From Carcharhinus amblyrhynchos (Eukaryota): 64,000 bases of DNA. Location of the stretch: positions 61,690,001 through 61,754,000 of the forward strand of contig OZ336885.1 in NCBI GenBank assembly GCA_965287045.1. The letters run 5' to 3'. Below, one piece after another: positions 63,894 to 64,000 of the stretch (positions within the stretch are counted from its first letter, which is position 1; each line of letters opens with the position of its first letter). The notes below the pieces were generated by a model. It saw only the letters and a list, made by a program, of their open reading frames with translations, had not been told where the DNA came from and searched no databases. The translations under genes and the position numbers were made by a program.

Positions 63894-63999
63894 TGTCTTC
63901 GACCTCCCTATCCTCCCCTGCTCCTGGTACCGTTCTGGTGCAATGATTTAAGTGACACCACAGTGTACTGCCTTCTACTTGCAGAGCCGTAGGAGAAAC
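63634..63999 (-). CDS. pol: ERV Pol integrase C-terminus (continues beyond the window)
   Basis: Open frame VSPTALQVEGSTLWCHLNHC plus an acidic tail, ending TGA at 63634-63636 and overlapping env. Confidence 0.85.
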   Translation of the reverse strand, partial: VSPTALQVEGSTLWCHLNHCTRTVPGAGEDREVEDIDHLDRSSSEEEGELQGEGHREQEQNQIRKKGEEDGENDSVHELADDANVQPGLISQGTKGGEEGAGASFPTWDLGTISLQDFLDS

Positions 64000-64000
64000 T

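Noticed and set aside
1-64000. CRISPR arrays, rRNA, true tRNA genes or prokaryotic operons
   Set aside because: None seen; tRNA-like boxes belong to SINE heads, and the short repeats are microsatellites or poly-G runs (e.g. 4740-4770, 23750-23850, 28956-28981, 36123-36152).

Overview
Eukaryotic, repeat-rich window, most likely from a cartilaginous fish (HE1-type tRNA SINEs, CR1 LINEs with (AAGAACAT)n tails, Penelope and Harbinger elements). I found no intact host gene. Mobile elements: a two-gene Harbinger relic (0.1-5.5 kb), many CR1 copies, a Gmr1-type Gypsy relic, a Penelope element, a solo LTR with 4-bp TSD, and an ERV pol tail plus an env broken by one stop (62-64 kb). The main signal lies between the repeats. 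Read on the minus strand, allowing stops and frameshifts, the unique DNA resolves into heavily decayed antigen-receptor-like segments: V, J with RSS remnants, C1 exons, hinge mini-exons and TCR-type TM exons. They recur in about the same order three times plus a partial fourth: [VH-like pre-joined VJ (not found in the 43-53 kb unit) - J - Cdelta-like - TM] [J array - Calpha-like - TM] [V - J - Cgamma-like - hinge - TM] [J - Cbeta-like - TM]. This looks like the fossil of a miniature, tandemly repeated all-chains TCR-like supercluster. All segments are pseudogenised. The alignments were made by eye against recalled consensus motifs, so over-fitting is possible and chain labels are provisional until tested with HMMs and phylogeny.
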